A program made the position numbers and the translations under genes. The notes beneath the pieces were generated by a model, which saw nothing but the letters and a program-made list of their open reading frames with translations, was not told where the DNA came from and did not search any database. A DNA stretch of 64,000 nucleotides from Camelus ferus (lineage: Eukaryota): assembly GCF_009834535.1 (NCBI RefSeq), contig NC_045696.1, positions 76,572,001 through 76,636,000 on the forward strand, given 5' to 3'. Below, piece after piece: positions 52,571 through 64,000 of the stretch (its first letter is position 1; each line of letters starts with the position of its first letter).

Positions 52571-54299
52571 TGTTTGTTATGGAACTCGGCAACATCACAT
52601 ACAGGGTGAGCTTTTTTTTTTTCTTTTTTCTTTTTTAGATGAACGCAGAAAGTGGTTTGCTACTCCCATCAGCTGCTGTTCATCACTCCTAATACTCATT
52701 TTCCTTTTTAACCCATACCTGTTTTAATCCATAATATAGCCAAATAACTTGAGACTTTTTTAATTTTGTTGCTGCTACTTCTTGGCATTTGACCATTATT
52801 TTTAAGAGTTAAAATCTTAGTAACAGGTTTCTTATCAGTAATCACTGTCACCTTACCAGGCACTATAGCAACAAAAGATTAAAATTCATAACAGGGATGA
52901 TTTATGGCATCTTAAATGTAGATTTTAAAAGTGAATTACAACTAGATATGTATAAGAGTGTTGAATGAGATCTAAGAGCAGATGTGATACCAGATATGAG
53001 AGCAATTTTTTTGTGAAATAACAAAATGCCAAGAAATATTAGCCAGCAGTATGACATGATTGCAATAAAATGCCTTATCCTGTGCACCCATGGATTTAAA
53101 CACATTTGTGCTTTAGATTATTGAGTTATTTTTTGCATCGATGCTCAAATTGTCCCATTTTTGGCTAGTGAGAACGTCTTAAAGTTGATTCCTATGTCTT
53201 TTAGATAAAACCTTAGTAGTTTTAGGTAGCTATCTTGTTTTCTGGTTTGACAAGATATAGGCTTTTGTGGTTTCCAAGGGTGACTCAAGGACTTTCAAGT
53301 TCTTTTAGTAAATTCATGATTTACAGGTTTCTGTAGGACTAGTGTCATTTCCACTAAAAAAATTTTTTATAAACATTGTTCATCATTAATTTTGCTTTTT
53401 GTAAAAGAGGAAAAAAATCTTTCAGCAAAGAAAATTAACGTGCTTCTCCTGTATATTTTTAAAAAATCTGTTGTTTCATGTCACTGAAATAATCATGATG
53501 CCATTTTTAGAATTTTAGGGTAAACTGAAGCACTAATGCTCAACTGTGAATGGTGAATAAATTTATTGGATTTGACAGGAGACCACCATCACAGTCACAG
53601 CTTACATCACTTATGTATATATTATATATGTGTGTGTTTGTGTGTGTGTGTTTGAAATTCTTTGGCTGTTTAGCAGTTTATCATCCATTTTATAGGGTCC
53701 CTACTCACCTGCCAGTTAACTAATTGTGTTTCAGGTGAACTAAGTCAGAGATATAGAAATATTACCTGACAGTAGTTTTCTTGAAAAGATATCTGTGGGG
53801 AAACAGGTTATAGATGTTTCACTTGACCAAGGGATACTATATAAATTGTACTTTGATTATGTTTCTTATGCATGAGAACTGTATTTTATGACTTAAGAAG
53901 GTTATAAATATGTATATATTTGAATAGCTGGTACGTGTTGGGCACTCAGATATGAAGTACAGGCTGCTTTTTAAGTGCTTATAATTAGATAGTGTTTGGA
54001 AAAAACAAATATGCTCAATAAAAGGTGATGAAATAAATTTTAAGTGTTACTACTTAAAATATAAATTGGTTTTCCATGCTTTCCTATCTATCTGTGAAGT
54101 TTGTTGATTAGATTTTACTTCTGTTTTTTAGAATGAGAAACTGGGGTGCAGGGAAGTTAAATGATTTCATTTAATGTCTTACTGTTAAAAAGAGTAGCAT
54201 TTGAAAGAAAATGTCAACACTCTAATTTCTAATCTAATGATCTTTTTACTATTGCTTAGTTTTGGAAAGAGTTTTTAAAAAAACCGCTATATTTTGGGG

Positions 54300-55270
54300 T
54301 ACAGGAGGACAGGAGAAAGCATCAACTTTGGTATTTAAATAGGCTTCATAAGGAGATGACATTTGAAAAAGGTAGAAGAATTTCAACACTTGTTGAAACA
54401 AAGAACTAAAAAGCAGGAATGTGAGAATTTGGAGATGTTAGAATGATCCAAATATATTCACCTGAGGGAGAGTAGATTCAAGGAAGATGCTGTACAGTTA
54501 AATGAATACTTTGATACCATAGAATAGAGAAGGAGAGCTTAAATCCCTAGCTAAACAGTTTAGAGGGACTGTGGAAGCTAACAGGTAGTGATGAGTATGT
54601 ATGGCATAGTCAGGGTTGTATTTTATGCCTGGGTATCCGAAGATAATTTGAAGAGACCTGGGAGACAAGGAGGCTGTTGTAGTAATACAGATAATAGATA
54701 TTGCAAAAAGGAAGGCATGGCTGAAAATCGTATTGTATAGCTAATAGAAGATAGAATTTAAAAGATTTTAGGTAAAAGCTGAGATCGGAAGTTAAGTCAA
54801 ACATGATAATAGTGTTGTGAGTGGTAGAATTGGTGATAGTTCTGGGCAAGAGAAGAACAACATTTGGAAGCATAGGGCATAACTTGCCTTGGACAGTGCT
54901 GAGGGATGGTGCCCAACGGGACATAGAGATTTGCACATCAGTCAGCTGGCACTGGAATGTCTGGCGTGGGAAGGATGAGGGGTGTGTTACACAGCTGCAT
55001 GTAATGGGAGAGATGGTATTCTTCAGTGTGGGTGAGATCCTTGGTTGGAGGACTAGCATGAAGATCAGAAGGCTCAAAAGTCAAATTCTTAGGGCAGGAA
55101 GCAATATTAGTAAAAGAGATAGGAGAAGATAGTAGATAGAGTCAGGAAGTCAAGTGTTGGAAGTTTTAAAGACTTACTTTCACTTTTCTCAAATGCTAGC
55201 AATGGCAAGTGGTATGAAGTAATGAAGGGTAATGAAGGAGTGTGAAGAATTGTTGAATTTGGAGGTGATT
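54300..55270 (-). mobile_element. Degraded L2
   Basis: Purine-rich L2-like text (ggaggctgttgtagtaatacag, gagatttgcacatcagtcagc, ggaagtcaagtgtt). Confidence 0.55.
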
Positions 55271-55329
55271 AGTAACAGTTATTTGGAGTCCATAAAAATC
55301 AAAAGCAAAATTTTAACAATTTTTTTCTT

Positions 55330-56220
55330 CTTTATACACATACACATATTCTTTTGCTTAAATGCATGAATATGATTACACTTTTTGTAGTGTACCCTTT
55401 CCTTTGCTTCCTCCCCCATCAGTTCATTGCTTTTAATGACTCTGTAATTCAATTATGAATGTACTACAATCTTGTTTTGGTACTCTCCTTTTAATGGCAT
55501 TCACTTTATTTCTTTTTTTCCCCCCTTTTTGTGTCGCTAAAAAACAGTTCTCTTAAACATCCTTAGGAACTTGTGCTTTTATTTCTCTAGGTTGTAGAGT
55601 ATTTGTATGAGTTGAACTACATGACATTGTAACTGTGTGACCATTTTAAAACACCCCCCCCAACAAAAAGGTCAAATTCTTATGTCCCAGTCTAATATTT
55701 TTACTTTCATTAAAAGTTACCAGGTTGTTTCCCAAAAAAAATTCTTCACATTTCCACTTACATTATATGGGAATAACTTTTCCCCATATTCCTGCCATAA
55801 TTAGACATTCTAGATCTTTTAAATTTTTACCAGTTTTAATGACTGTAATTTTACTCCTTGTTACTTTGATATGTATTTCCTTGATAAGTAGTGCATCCTT
55901 ATGTACTCAGATATAACTATCTTATACAGTTTTTGTTTCCAGTCTTGGTTTAAAAGATTTTTTCCTGGTCTCAGGACTGGATGTGTAGCTTCAGTGTTTT
56001 GTTAAGATGTGTATGTGAAGTATATATGTACATGTACACACATACATACACACAAACATACATACACATTTATGTGCTTAAAATATTTAAGTGTTAAATA
56101 TTTTGGAATTTATTTTTGTCTACAGTAAAACATGTGGACCTACTTATATTTCCACTAGTGGGTGAATAGTCACTTGTGTCAGCACAAGTTTGCACAATCA
56201 TCCAGCCTTTCCTTTGCTCA
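55330..56220 (-). mobile_element. Ancient L1ME fragments
   Basis: cattgcttttaatgactctgtaattc, ttaaatttttaccagttttaatg, ttggaatttatttttgt. Confidence 0.5.
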
Positions 56221-57415
56221 GATCTTTGTATTTTTCAATAGAATATTATGTTTAGTCACAAATTCTGTGCCTTTTTTGTTAATTTCTTTTGTAAATATTT
56301 AATAGTTTTTTTGCTCTAATTTTTCCATCTGTATTTATAGGTGCTTATTACTGGAGCAGAGAACAGCTGCTTTTGTTGGTCACTGTATTAAATTTCTATA
56401 TAAAGAGCTAATGATTTTACTAATAACATGATAGTATATCTAATAGACCGAACAGATTCTATGGTAGAGACAATTTTTTCTCTTTTGTATCTTTTTCTGC
56501 TACTTCTTCAGAGAGTCAACACAAAATAATAGGATGAATAAAGATAAAGATTTTTTTAAATGAGTACAAAAATCAAGGGTGTTAACTTTTACCAAAGGAG
56601 TGAAGTCACCTGAGATTGAGGGGCTTTTGGTGAGATAGGGTCCTTCAAGAGAAGTTAAATTTTTAGAAAAGCCATGATGCCAAATTTGATTAGCTAAGTT
56701 AAAAATGTAATAAAATGATTGCCAAATGGCTCAGAGGGGCAAAATGAGTTTAGTCACCAACATGGTTTCACGGTTTAGTATTCATATAAGTTACAGTGTT
56801 GGAATGGGAATTGTCAAGACGACTTGAGTTAAATGTCAAAATCATAGTGTTTGTTGTTGAAAGGTCTTATCAGACTTGCATGAAAATGGAGGGAGAACAG
56901 ATACAGTTCAGGAGAATGATGTTGGATGGAGGATGATGTTGGATGGAGGATGCTGAGAAGCATGAGCAACTTGACATGATCATGACAGCCTGTTTAGTTA
57001 GGAACTGAATAGAGCAAAGATATAAGGAGTTTACAATAGAAAAGAAGGTGTACATGTGTTTTGTTTTGTTTCACAGTTACAGGATTTAAAGATGAGAAAT
57101 TTTTGATGTACGGTGATGTAAGCCATGGTTGGTATGATCTGAGGAACTTGATAAAATAGACATGCTTGGTCTATACCTCTGACTTGCTGAAACTTAGGAC
57201 TTTTCAGGGTTCTCACAGTTTATGACATTACTTTGAAGAAGTTTCCACAGGTGATTTTGATATACCACACTAAGCAGGCGTCACTGGTGGGCCGGAAATT
57301 GGAATTTGGGAATTTTTCTTTCTTCAGTGTCCCCCCACCCAAAAAGATAAATGGCAATAAAAGTTATTGTATTTGTAATTCAGAGGGTAATAGAGATCAG
57401 GATAGGAGTGGATGA

Positions 57416-57513
57416 GGAGCGGGTATATAGCTCAGTGATAGAGCACATGCTTAGCATGCATGAGGTCCTGGATTCAACCCCTAGTACCTCCATTAAAAGA
57501 AAAGAAAAGAAAA
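57416..57513 (+). mobile_element. tRNA-Ala-derived camelid SINE
   Basis: tagctcagtgatagagcacatgcttagcatgcatgaggtcctggattcaacccctagtacctcca followed by an (AAAAG)n tail; degenerate TSD agtggatgag/agtagatgag. Confidence 0.88.
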
Positions 57514-59689
57514 GTAGATGAGAGGAACATTGAATTTTAATCATCATTGAAGATGAGTTTTTGGTTTTTTTTAATATACTACTGACTAGTTTATAAAGAA
57601 AGGAGCTTTATTCGTTTTTTTCAACAAATAATAATTGAGTACCTTTATGAATAGGACTACATTTCTGGCATAATAGTAGTGAATTATAAAGATTAAGTGT
57701 CTGCTCTCAGGTAACTTGCATTTTTTAATGAATGTGAATAAGCTGTCATTCTTAGAATATTTGTTAATAGAGTCACCACAGTGTTTGAAAAATCTCACCT
57801 ATCCCACACATTGTATGTTCCAGTATTGTTTCTTCAGAGTAGTGGTCTGTGGAAATAAGAAATTAATTTTGAAATGAGTGCTTTCATTTGCTGCTGTTAC
57901 TTCTAACTATCTTTTTTGTTGTTATTGTTAATATTTTCCTGAAAGCTTCCTTTACCACTAATTTAAGGAGGGACAGAAAAAAGAGGTGAACCTATTTCCA
58001 TTACATAATGGAAGAGCAGGAACATTCTTTTAGTTCTGGAAGTCTTGAGTTTCAGCACAATGTGCTTCTTAGATACAGAACAGTTGAAAGGGAAATAATT
58101 CCAGACTCTTACCTACTGGCCGTGAACAGACTGAAAACCTTTCCTACGTTACATAACCCTAAGACACCTGATCTAGTAACCAGAGAGTGAAGGGATGGAG
58201 GCTTGTCTTTGCTTCATCTCCTTGCTCTTCCTCTCCCAACCCAAATTTCTGTGTAGTTTTGAAAGTAGCAGATGCTTTGTACTCATCTCTGTTTTGCAGT
58301 CACTGTTTTCGTGGGTTCAGTATTGCATAATGTGCATACCTAGTGCTATAGTCATCCCTTCTAGTTTTATTAACCAATTTCGAAGCAGAAGATGATTGTG
58401 TATTTACATGTAATTCCTTTGAGGTTTTCATTGATCTGGGCAACCTAAAACGAGAGGGGAGAAATCTCTTGTTCCTTTCAACTTTGAAGCTTATGATTCT
58501 TAATATTTTATATCCTATCAGTTATATCAATTAACGGTTATTTTATATCAGCAGGCCCAGAGAAAACAGTACTTTTTCCTGATTTGTATTACATTTATTA
58601 TAATTTATACTTTGGGCTTTTAGGTCAGTAGAATACCTGTAAAATGCTGAGAAGCCTTGCAGTAGAGTGAAAATAGGTATGATTTGTGGGAACAATTTTA
58701 GTCTTAAAAATATATATAACTTGGTTCAAATGCTTGTTGTTTCTAACTTAATATGTATTAATTATAATACATTTTATATATAACACTTTAATTATAACAA
58801 TAACTCATTGTACCTATAGGTATTTTAACTGAGATTGGGTGTTCTTGAGATCAGTGGTCCAAACAGAACTTGATACTTTTTTGAAGGAATATTTCTTTTT
58901 CCTTTTATTGGCTCAGAGAATTGTGTAGGAAAATTCTGCCTCCAAAGACACTTTTTAGTTATGTAATTGAGATAAAAACAAAAATTAAATACCTGATTAC
59001 CAAGTAGTAATCAAAGAGTTTCACTATTTCACTAAGAAAGCTTACTAACATTTCCTTAATATTAATATTCTAGGGGTAAATCAAACTGATTCTGAAGTTG
59101 GTGTCTGTGGGTGTAGACAGTATTCTCTTTTCCCGAAATGCCTTTCTTTCTGCTCCAAGAAAGAGATGGGGTTGAGAGTAATGAGGAGAAAAGCACTCTC
59201 ACTCTCTCACAGTTGTGCCTCAGGGTTTCTTTTGTTCAGAACTACTTATTGAGCACCAAGCATGCCTTTGCCTCATGGTGAAGGAAGAAACTATTCTAAT
59301 ACCTGTACTTGAGAAACAGTAAATTGATCAGCAGTTTGATAGTAAATCTGATGAAAACCCTTGAAATACGTCTAGATGAATTTATACCGAGTCATCGTCT
59401 CTCGAGTTGCTTACTTTCCAGAGAAAGCAGAGTCAAGCCCCAATTTCATGTTCCAATCAGGATCTTAATCTTCAGACAACATAAGGATCAGAGAACTGGG
59501 ATACGTGTGGAATGTGACATAACAGCCATTGTCTTGTCTCTGTACTCACTGCCCTCGTCCGTACAGCATCCCCTGCCCTTCCTGTTCACTGACATGGAAG
59601 AAAGTCAGGCTTCATGAGTTACAGTGGTCTAGAAAAGATAGAAACCTTATGAGAAACTGGAAGAGGTAAAGGGAATTAAAAGCTTTCTT

Positions 59690-60820
59690 TTGTCTCCCAG
59701 ATGACGTTTTCAGATGGTAGGTTTTAAACAGAATCCAAATAACGTCTACACGCTGCTTTTGGTTGCTCAATTTAAGTCTCTTCTACTTATTGGTAGAAGT
59801 AATTGATTTATTTGTCCCATCAAATTTCCTACATCTGGATTTGGCTAATCACGTCCTTGTGGTACTACTAACACATTCCACTGTCTTCTTGTAATTCCTA
59901 TAAAGCGGTAGTTTAGGAGGCTTGGTTAAATTCACTTTTAATTCTTTGATCGTGTAGCTTTCTTTTTCCTTTTACATCACACTATGAGGCATCAGCCATC
60001 TGGTTGTCTCACTTCCAGTGGTGTCGAAACTGACTAGTGGGTTCAGTTGCAGTTAGCCTAATTACCTGTTGGTTATAAAATTCCACATCAGCTTCTCCCC
60101 TAGTGGGCTTAGCACTCATTAATGATTGTTACCTAGATTCATTATTTTCTTAGGGAGAGAAAAATGGTTATTTTCTAAATTATATCATTGTTTTTGCATT
60201 CGTTAGCTGGAATTGTGTAAAGAAGGACTGTTCCTAATCAGGTATTGGAATATTCTGAAATAGAATTTGCAGAGCAAAAGTAGGGATGTGCCTGAGTTGT
60301 TACAGTTATCAACTTTTAGACTAATGAGTTGGTGATACCCTAGTAACCTCTCAAGGTGACCAGTGATGTGAAAATTAACTTTTATAATCTCATGGATTAA
60401 GGACTGTTTTCTAGGTGTTTAGTGTATTGCAGTTCCTATCTCCTTTTGACATGACTCAAGTGATTTTCTGTTATTTCCGTGCTTTCCTGGGCAGCAAGAT
60501 GTTCCAGGTTTCCTGCTTCAGCCCTGAAATTGGCCATCCCTTCAAAGCGTACTGGCTCCTATTTTAGCGGGAAGTGTTTATTTAGAGACTACAATCAAAG
60601 CATGGTGCGCTTTTTACTGCTAGGTTGTCATTAACTGCTGCTAGGCCTCTTCAGAACAAGGAGATGTGTATTTTTAGTAAGAGAAATAAATCGCAAATTC
60701 CTGCTTATATTTCAGTTCAAATTTAAGATTACTTTAGAATTTTAAAGTTTGATTTGTATTGTGTGAATTTTACTGAAAAGACATCATTATATTACAAACA
60801 TTAATTTTACGTTTCTGCAT
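59690..60820 (-). mobile_element. Ancient L1MC 3' UTR
   Basis: ctacatctggatttggcta, tggttgtctcacttccagtg, aagatgttccagg...gccctgaaattggccat, tatttagagactacaatc. Confidence 0.65.
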
Positions 60821-61843
60821 TCAGTTCCATCAGATAGGAGGTTTTTATAAAAGTAAAATGATCAAAGTTATTTACCACCAAGAAAAATTGTTCTCTGGGA
60901 TGAGGTGACCCATGGCCCTTTCACATACACTCCTGGTGCACTGCTGAGGTCCTTCAGGTGGTCGGCCCGGGGAGGACAGCACTGGACCATGAGGAGACGA
61001 CGAAAGGTTTTTACTGCTTCTCTATTTGTACTTTTTTTCTTCCTGAAATTTTTTACTGTAATGGATATAACATAATTTCTTGTTTGCTTCGTCTAAATTT
61101 ATATAAATAGTTCACATTAATAATGCTAATGATATTACTATAATAAGACTACAGAAAGCAGTTTAAACTTTCTTCGTGATTCTTTTTTGTCCCTAGGTTA
61201 CATCCCATAGGGATATATGCAGTCCAAATACCGCTGTAAAGTATAGTAGTTTTCTTTATGACTACAGATAATTTCACTACTTTACAAAGACTTATTTTTC
61301 ATATATTTTACACATAGATAATGTGGGTTGGCTGTGCCTCTCTTCTGTGTCTTCTCATTTGGGATTGGAGGCTTTTGGAGCAGACCCCATGTGAGACAAG
61401 CTCATTCTTGTGGCGGAAGGAAAGAGTAAGGGAACTGACAGATGCTTGTCATCCCTCTGAAAGCTGTGACTGGATGGCTCATCTACTCAATTTCTGTCTG
61501 CTATGTGCCAAAGCATGTCACACAGCCAGGGCCCAAGTTGTTGGGGTGGGGATGAGTAACTCCACTGCAGGGAGAGGGAAGCATGATTAAATTCTGAACA
61601 GTGATACATTAGAGACATAAAGTCATTTAAATCAATTGTTCCCTTCCTCTTGATACCGTCACAGTTAACAGTAATTAGTGTTGTTTTGAATTTTGTTTTA
61701 AGGGGATTACCTGATAGCCAAGCTAGAAAGAGAAGTGAAGGTCAGGGAAAAAAGCTTTTTTAACCATAGTCTACAGCTGCCTTCTGCACTTTTGGAAGGG
61801 TGAAGTGATGGCATCCATGCTTACTAACCCCAGGCTGAATCAC

Positions 61844-62262
61844 TGTTAGGGGCTGAATAGTGTCCTCCGAAATAAGTTGGCGTCCAAACCCCCAGTACCT
61901 CAGACTGTGTATAACTTTATTTGGAAATAGGGTCTTTACAGACATAGCTATGTTAAAATCAGGTTATTAGAATAGGCCCTAATCCAGTATGACTGGTATC
62001 CTTATAAAAATAGGAAATTTGGACACAGCACAGAGGGAAAACAGCGTGAAGAGCCGCAGGGAGACGTGGCAAGGCGGCAGAGAACGCACCTAGGAGCCAA
62101 GGAGGCTAGGCGAGATCCTTCCTTAGTACCTTCAGAAGGAGCTTCGCCTTGCCAGTATCTTGATGTTTGGACTCCTGACTACCAAAACTGTAAGGCAGTG
62201 AGTCTGCTGTGAGCCACGTTGTTTGTGGTGCTTTGTTTTGGCAGCCCTAGGAAACTAATACA
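61844..62262 (+). mobile_element. MaLR solo LTR, MLT1B-like
   Basis: TG...CA ends; ttatttggaaatagggtctttacaga, ccctaatccagtatgactggtatccttataa, ggcagccctaggaaactaataca. Confidence 0.9.
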
Positions 62263-62656
62263 GGGACACAGTTTGACAGTGCTGCCCAATTTGGCTTGAT
62301 TGTAAAGGTGTGGGAAGGGATATGAGCTATAATTTGGAAGGAACTTCATTGTCAGGCTAAAGAATTTTGGACTTCGCTGAAGGAGTGCCTTGAAAAAGAA
62401 GTTTGGCAGCCAAGGCAAGAAGAAACTAGCTTGAATCTAGTTTATTTTTTTAACCTTTATTGTTTAATAATGGAATGGTCTAGCTGCTGAGGAGATGCAA
62501 GAGGATGGATGCTCTGTTTAAAGTACTTTCAAATCTCTTGTCCTTTTAAGCTCTGAAAAAGTGTGACATTTGAGTTCTCTCTAAGCTGGAGTCCTACATT
62601 AAACCACATATCACTCCATTTTTTAGTTGATTTATAGGTGAGTTTTGAAAGCTAAC

Positions 62657-63133
62657 TGCTACAGGTTGAATTACATCCCCTGAAAGATATGTTGAAGTTG
62701 TAACCCCTGGTACTTGTGAATGTGACCTTATTTGGAAGTAAGGTCTTTGCAGATGTAATTATGATGAAGTCATTAGTGTGGTTCCTTTTTCCACTGTGAC
62801 TGATGTCCTTGAAAAAGAGGGAAATTTGAACACAGATGTCATACTGCTGTCTTCTGTTATGGAGAATGGCATTTGACAACCTGGAGGAGAATGGTGTTTG
62901 AAGACAGACACAGTGAGAAGATGGCCGTATGAAGATGGAGGCAGAGATTGGAGTTATGCTGCTATTACCCAGAGCTGGAGCAGGCAAGGAAGGATCTTCC
63001 TCTAGAGGCATTCACTGGAGAGTGCATGGCCCTGCCAACGACCTGATTGCAAACTGCTAGCCTCCACAAATAAATTTATGTTGTTTTAAGCCCGTGTTTG
63101 TGGCACTTTGTTTCGGCCGCCCTAGGAAACACA
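62657..63133 (+). mobile_element. MaLR solo LTR, MLT1C-like
   Basis: gaatgtgaccttatttggaagtaaggtctttgcagatgtaatt, ggaggcagagattggagttatgc, ggcaaggaaggatcttcctctagag. Confidence 0.9.
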
Positions 63134-63240
63134 GAAAGGGCACATGGATTTTGAATACTTTGTAGGTGATCTGAAGATCTGCTTCTTCTCAGTCTTCCCC
63201 TTTTGCACAGATTATCAGAATGCCTTCAGTTGGGTAAACA

Positions 63241-63415
63241 AAGGCTTCCCAAACTTTGCTCTGCATTGTATTCACCTAGAAATCTTTTAAAAATGCTGCC
63301 GTCCAGCTTCCACCTCTACAGTCTAGTTTAATTAGTATGGGGTGCAACATGGACAGCAGGTTTTTTAAACATACCCCAGGTGACTTAATGTGCAGCAAGT
63401 TTTGAAGAACCACAG
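63241..63415. mobile_element. hAT-Charlie MITE, MER5-family
   Basis: ttcccaaactttgctctgcattgtattcacct...ccccaggtgacttaatgtgcagcaagttttgaagaaccac. Confidence 0.75.
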
Positions 63416-64000
63416 GCCTAAACCTTCTAGCTTAGTCAGGTACTCTCCCACCTCCCCCTACAAATACAGTTTTATGCTCATTTATTGTCCTCTAGGTAAT
63501 ACAGTCCCCCCCCCCCCCATATTCATTTGTGCCTTGGCCTATCATTATTATTATTTTTTTAAGTGCTTTATTTTATTCTGTTCTTGCCAGCCTGGCTAGA
63601 CATGTGATTATATTCATCCTAATGTATAATGAATTATTTATAAAGTTGTTCTAAGATGCCTATTTGTATTAAAATGCCATATAATATTTTAAAAATTCCT
63701 AAGCTAACTACGTGTATCTGCTTTTGAAGATTAAATTATGTTGGTGTTACACAAGTTGCAAGTAAATGAAAACCTGACCTATATCTGTGCTGAAATAGAC
63801 TTGCATTTTATGTAGTGTACAAGTAGTGTAATTGTTCAGATCATTATTGACCATTTCCTGCAAGACTGTATTAGGAATGCTAAACTGAAGGATATGAAAA
63901 CACCTGCCTTTTCAAATATTTGTTTGTCTTCAGGTATTCCACTTTGTATCACTTTTTTTTTCATGCGTTAGATCACAAAGTGAGTGACATAGAAAATCTC

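Larger units (their letters stand above)
38800..64000 (+). other. TBL1XR1: Intron downstream of the UTR exon (TBL1XR1 intron 2, partial)
   Basis: Starts GTAAGA. The first coding exon (MSISSDEV...) was not found in the remaining sequence. Confidence 0.7.

Noticed and set aside
54038..54059. Short inverted repeat ttttaagt...acttaaaa
   Set aside because: Low complexity and short; not significant.
54610..55132. 155-aa and 103-aa overlapping ORFs
   Set aside because: Within a degraded L2; chance open frames.
57421..57492. tRNA-Ala(AGC)-like sequence
   Set aside because: A and B boxes are mutated, and it has an A-rich tail and TSD-like flanks: a SINE, not a tRNA gene.
1..64000. CRISPR arrays, operons or other prokaryotic systems; CpG-island promoter; snoRNA/rRNA genes
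   Set aside because: The sequence is eukaryotic intron. I saw no regularly spaced repeats, no CpG island and no recognisable structured RNA gene.

Overview
AT-rich, CpG-poor mammalian intronic DNA, most likely camelid (alpaca/camel), judged from tRNA-Ala-derived SINEs and a young L1 of camelid type. I found no intact protein-coding gene; the long ORFs in the track belong to one 5'-truncated, disabled L1 ORF2 on the minus strand or its antisense shadow. One clean 75-nt spliced exon (38725-38799, + strand) matches, from memory, the non-coding second exon of the TBL1XR1 5' UTR. That would place the window inside the long introns 1 and 2 of TBL1XR1, with the promoter upstream and the first coding exon downstream of it. 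The rest is layered repeats: old L1M, L2, MIR, hAT-Charlie and Tigger MITEs, MaLR/ERVL/MER21 LTRs. The most notable observations are a TTAA-flanked 83-bp piggyBac-type MITE, tandem splice acceptors and uATGs on the UTR exon, a strong candidate cassette exon, a recursive-splice-site-like motif, a 15-bp retro-insertion with a perfect TSD, and candidate enhancer motif clusters. I see no convincing evidence of a new biological system. Repeat family names are recalled, not searched, and boundaries of old repeats are approximate.
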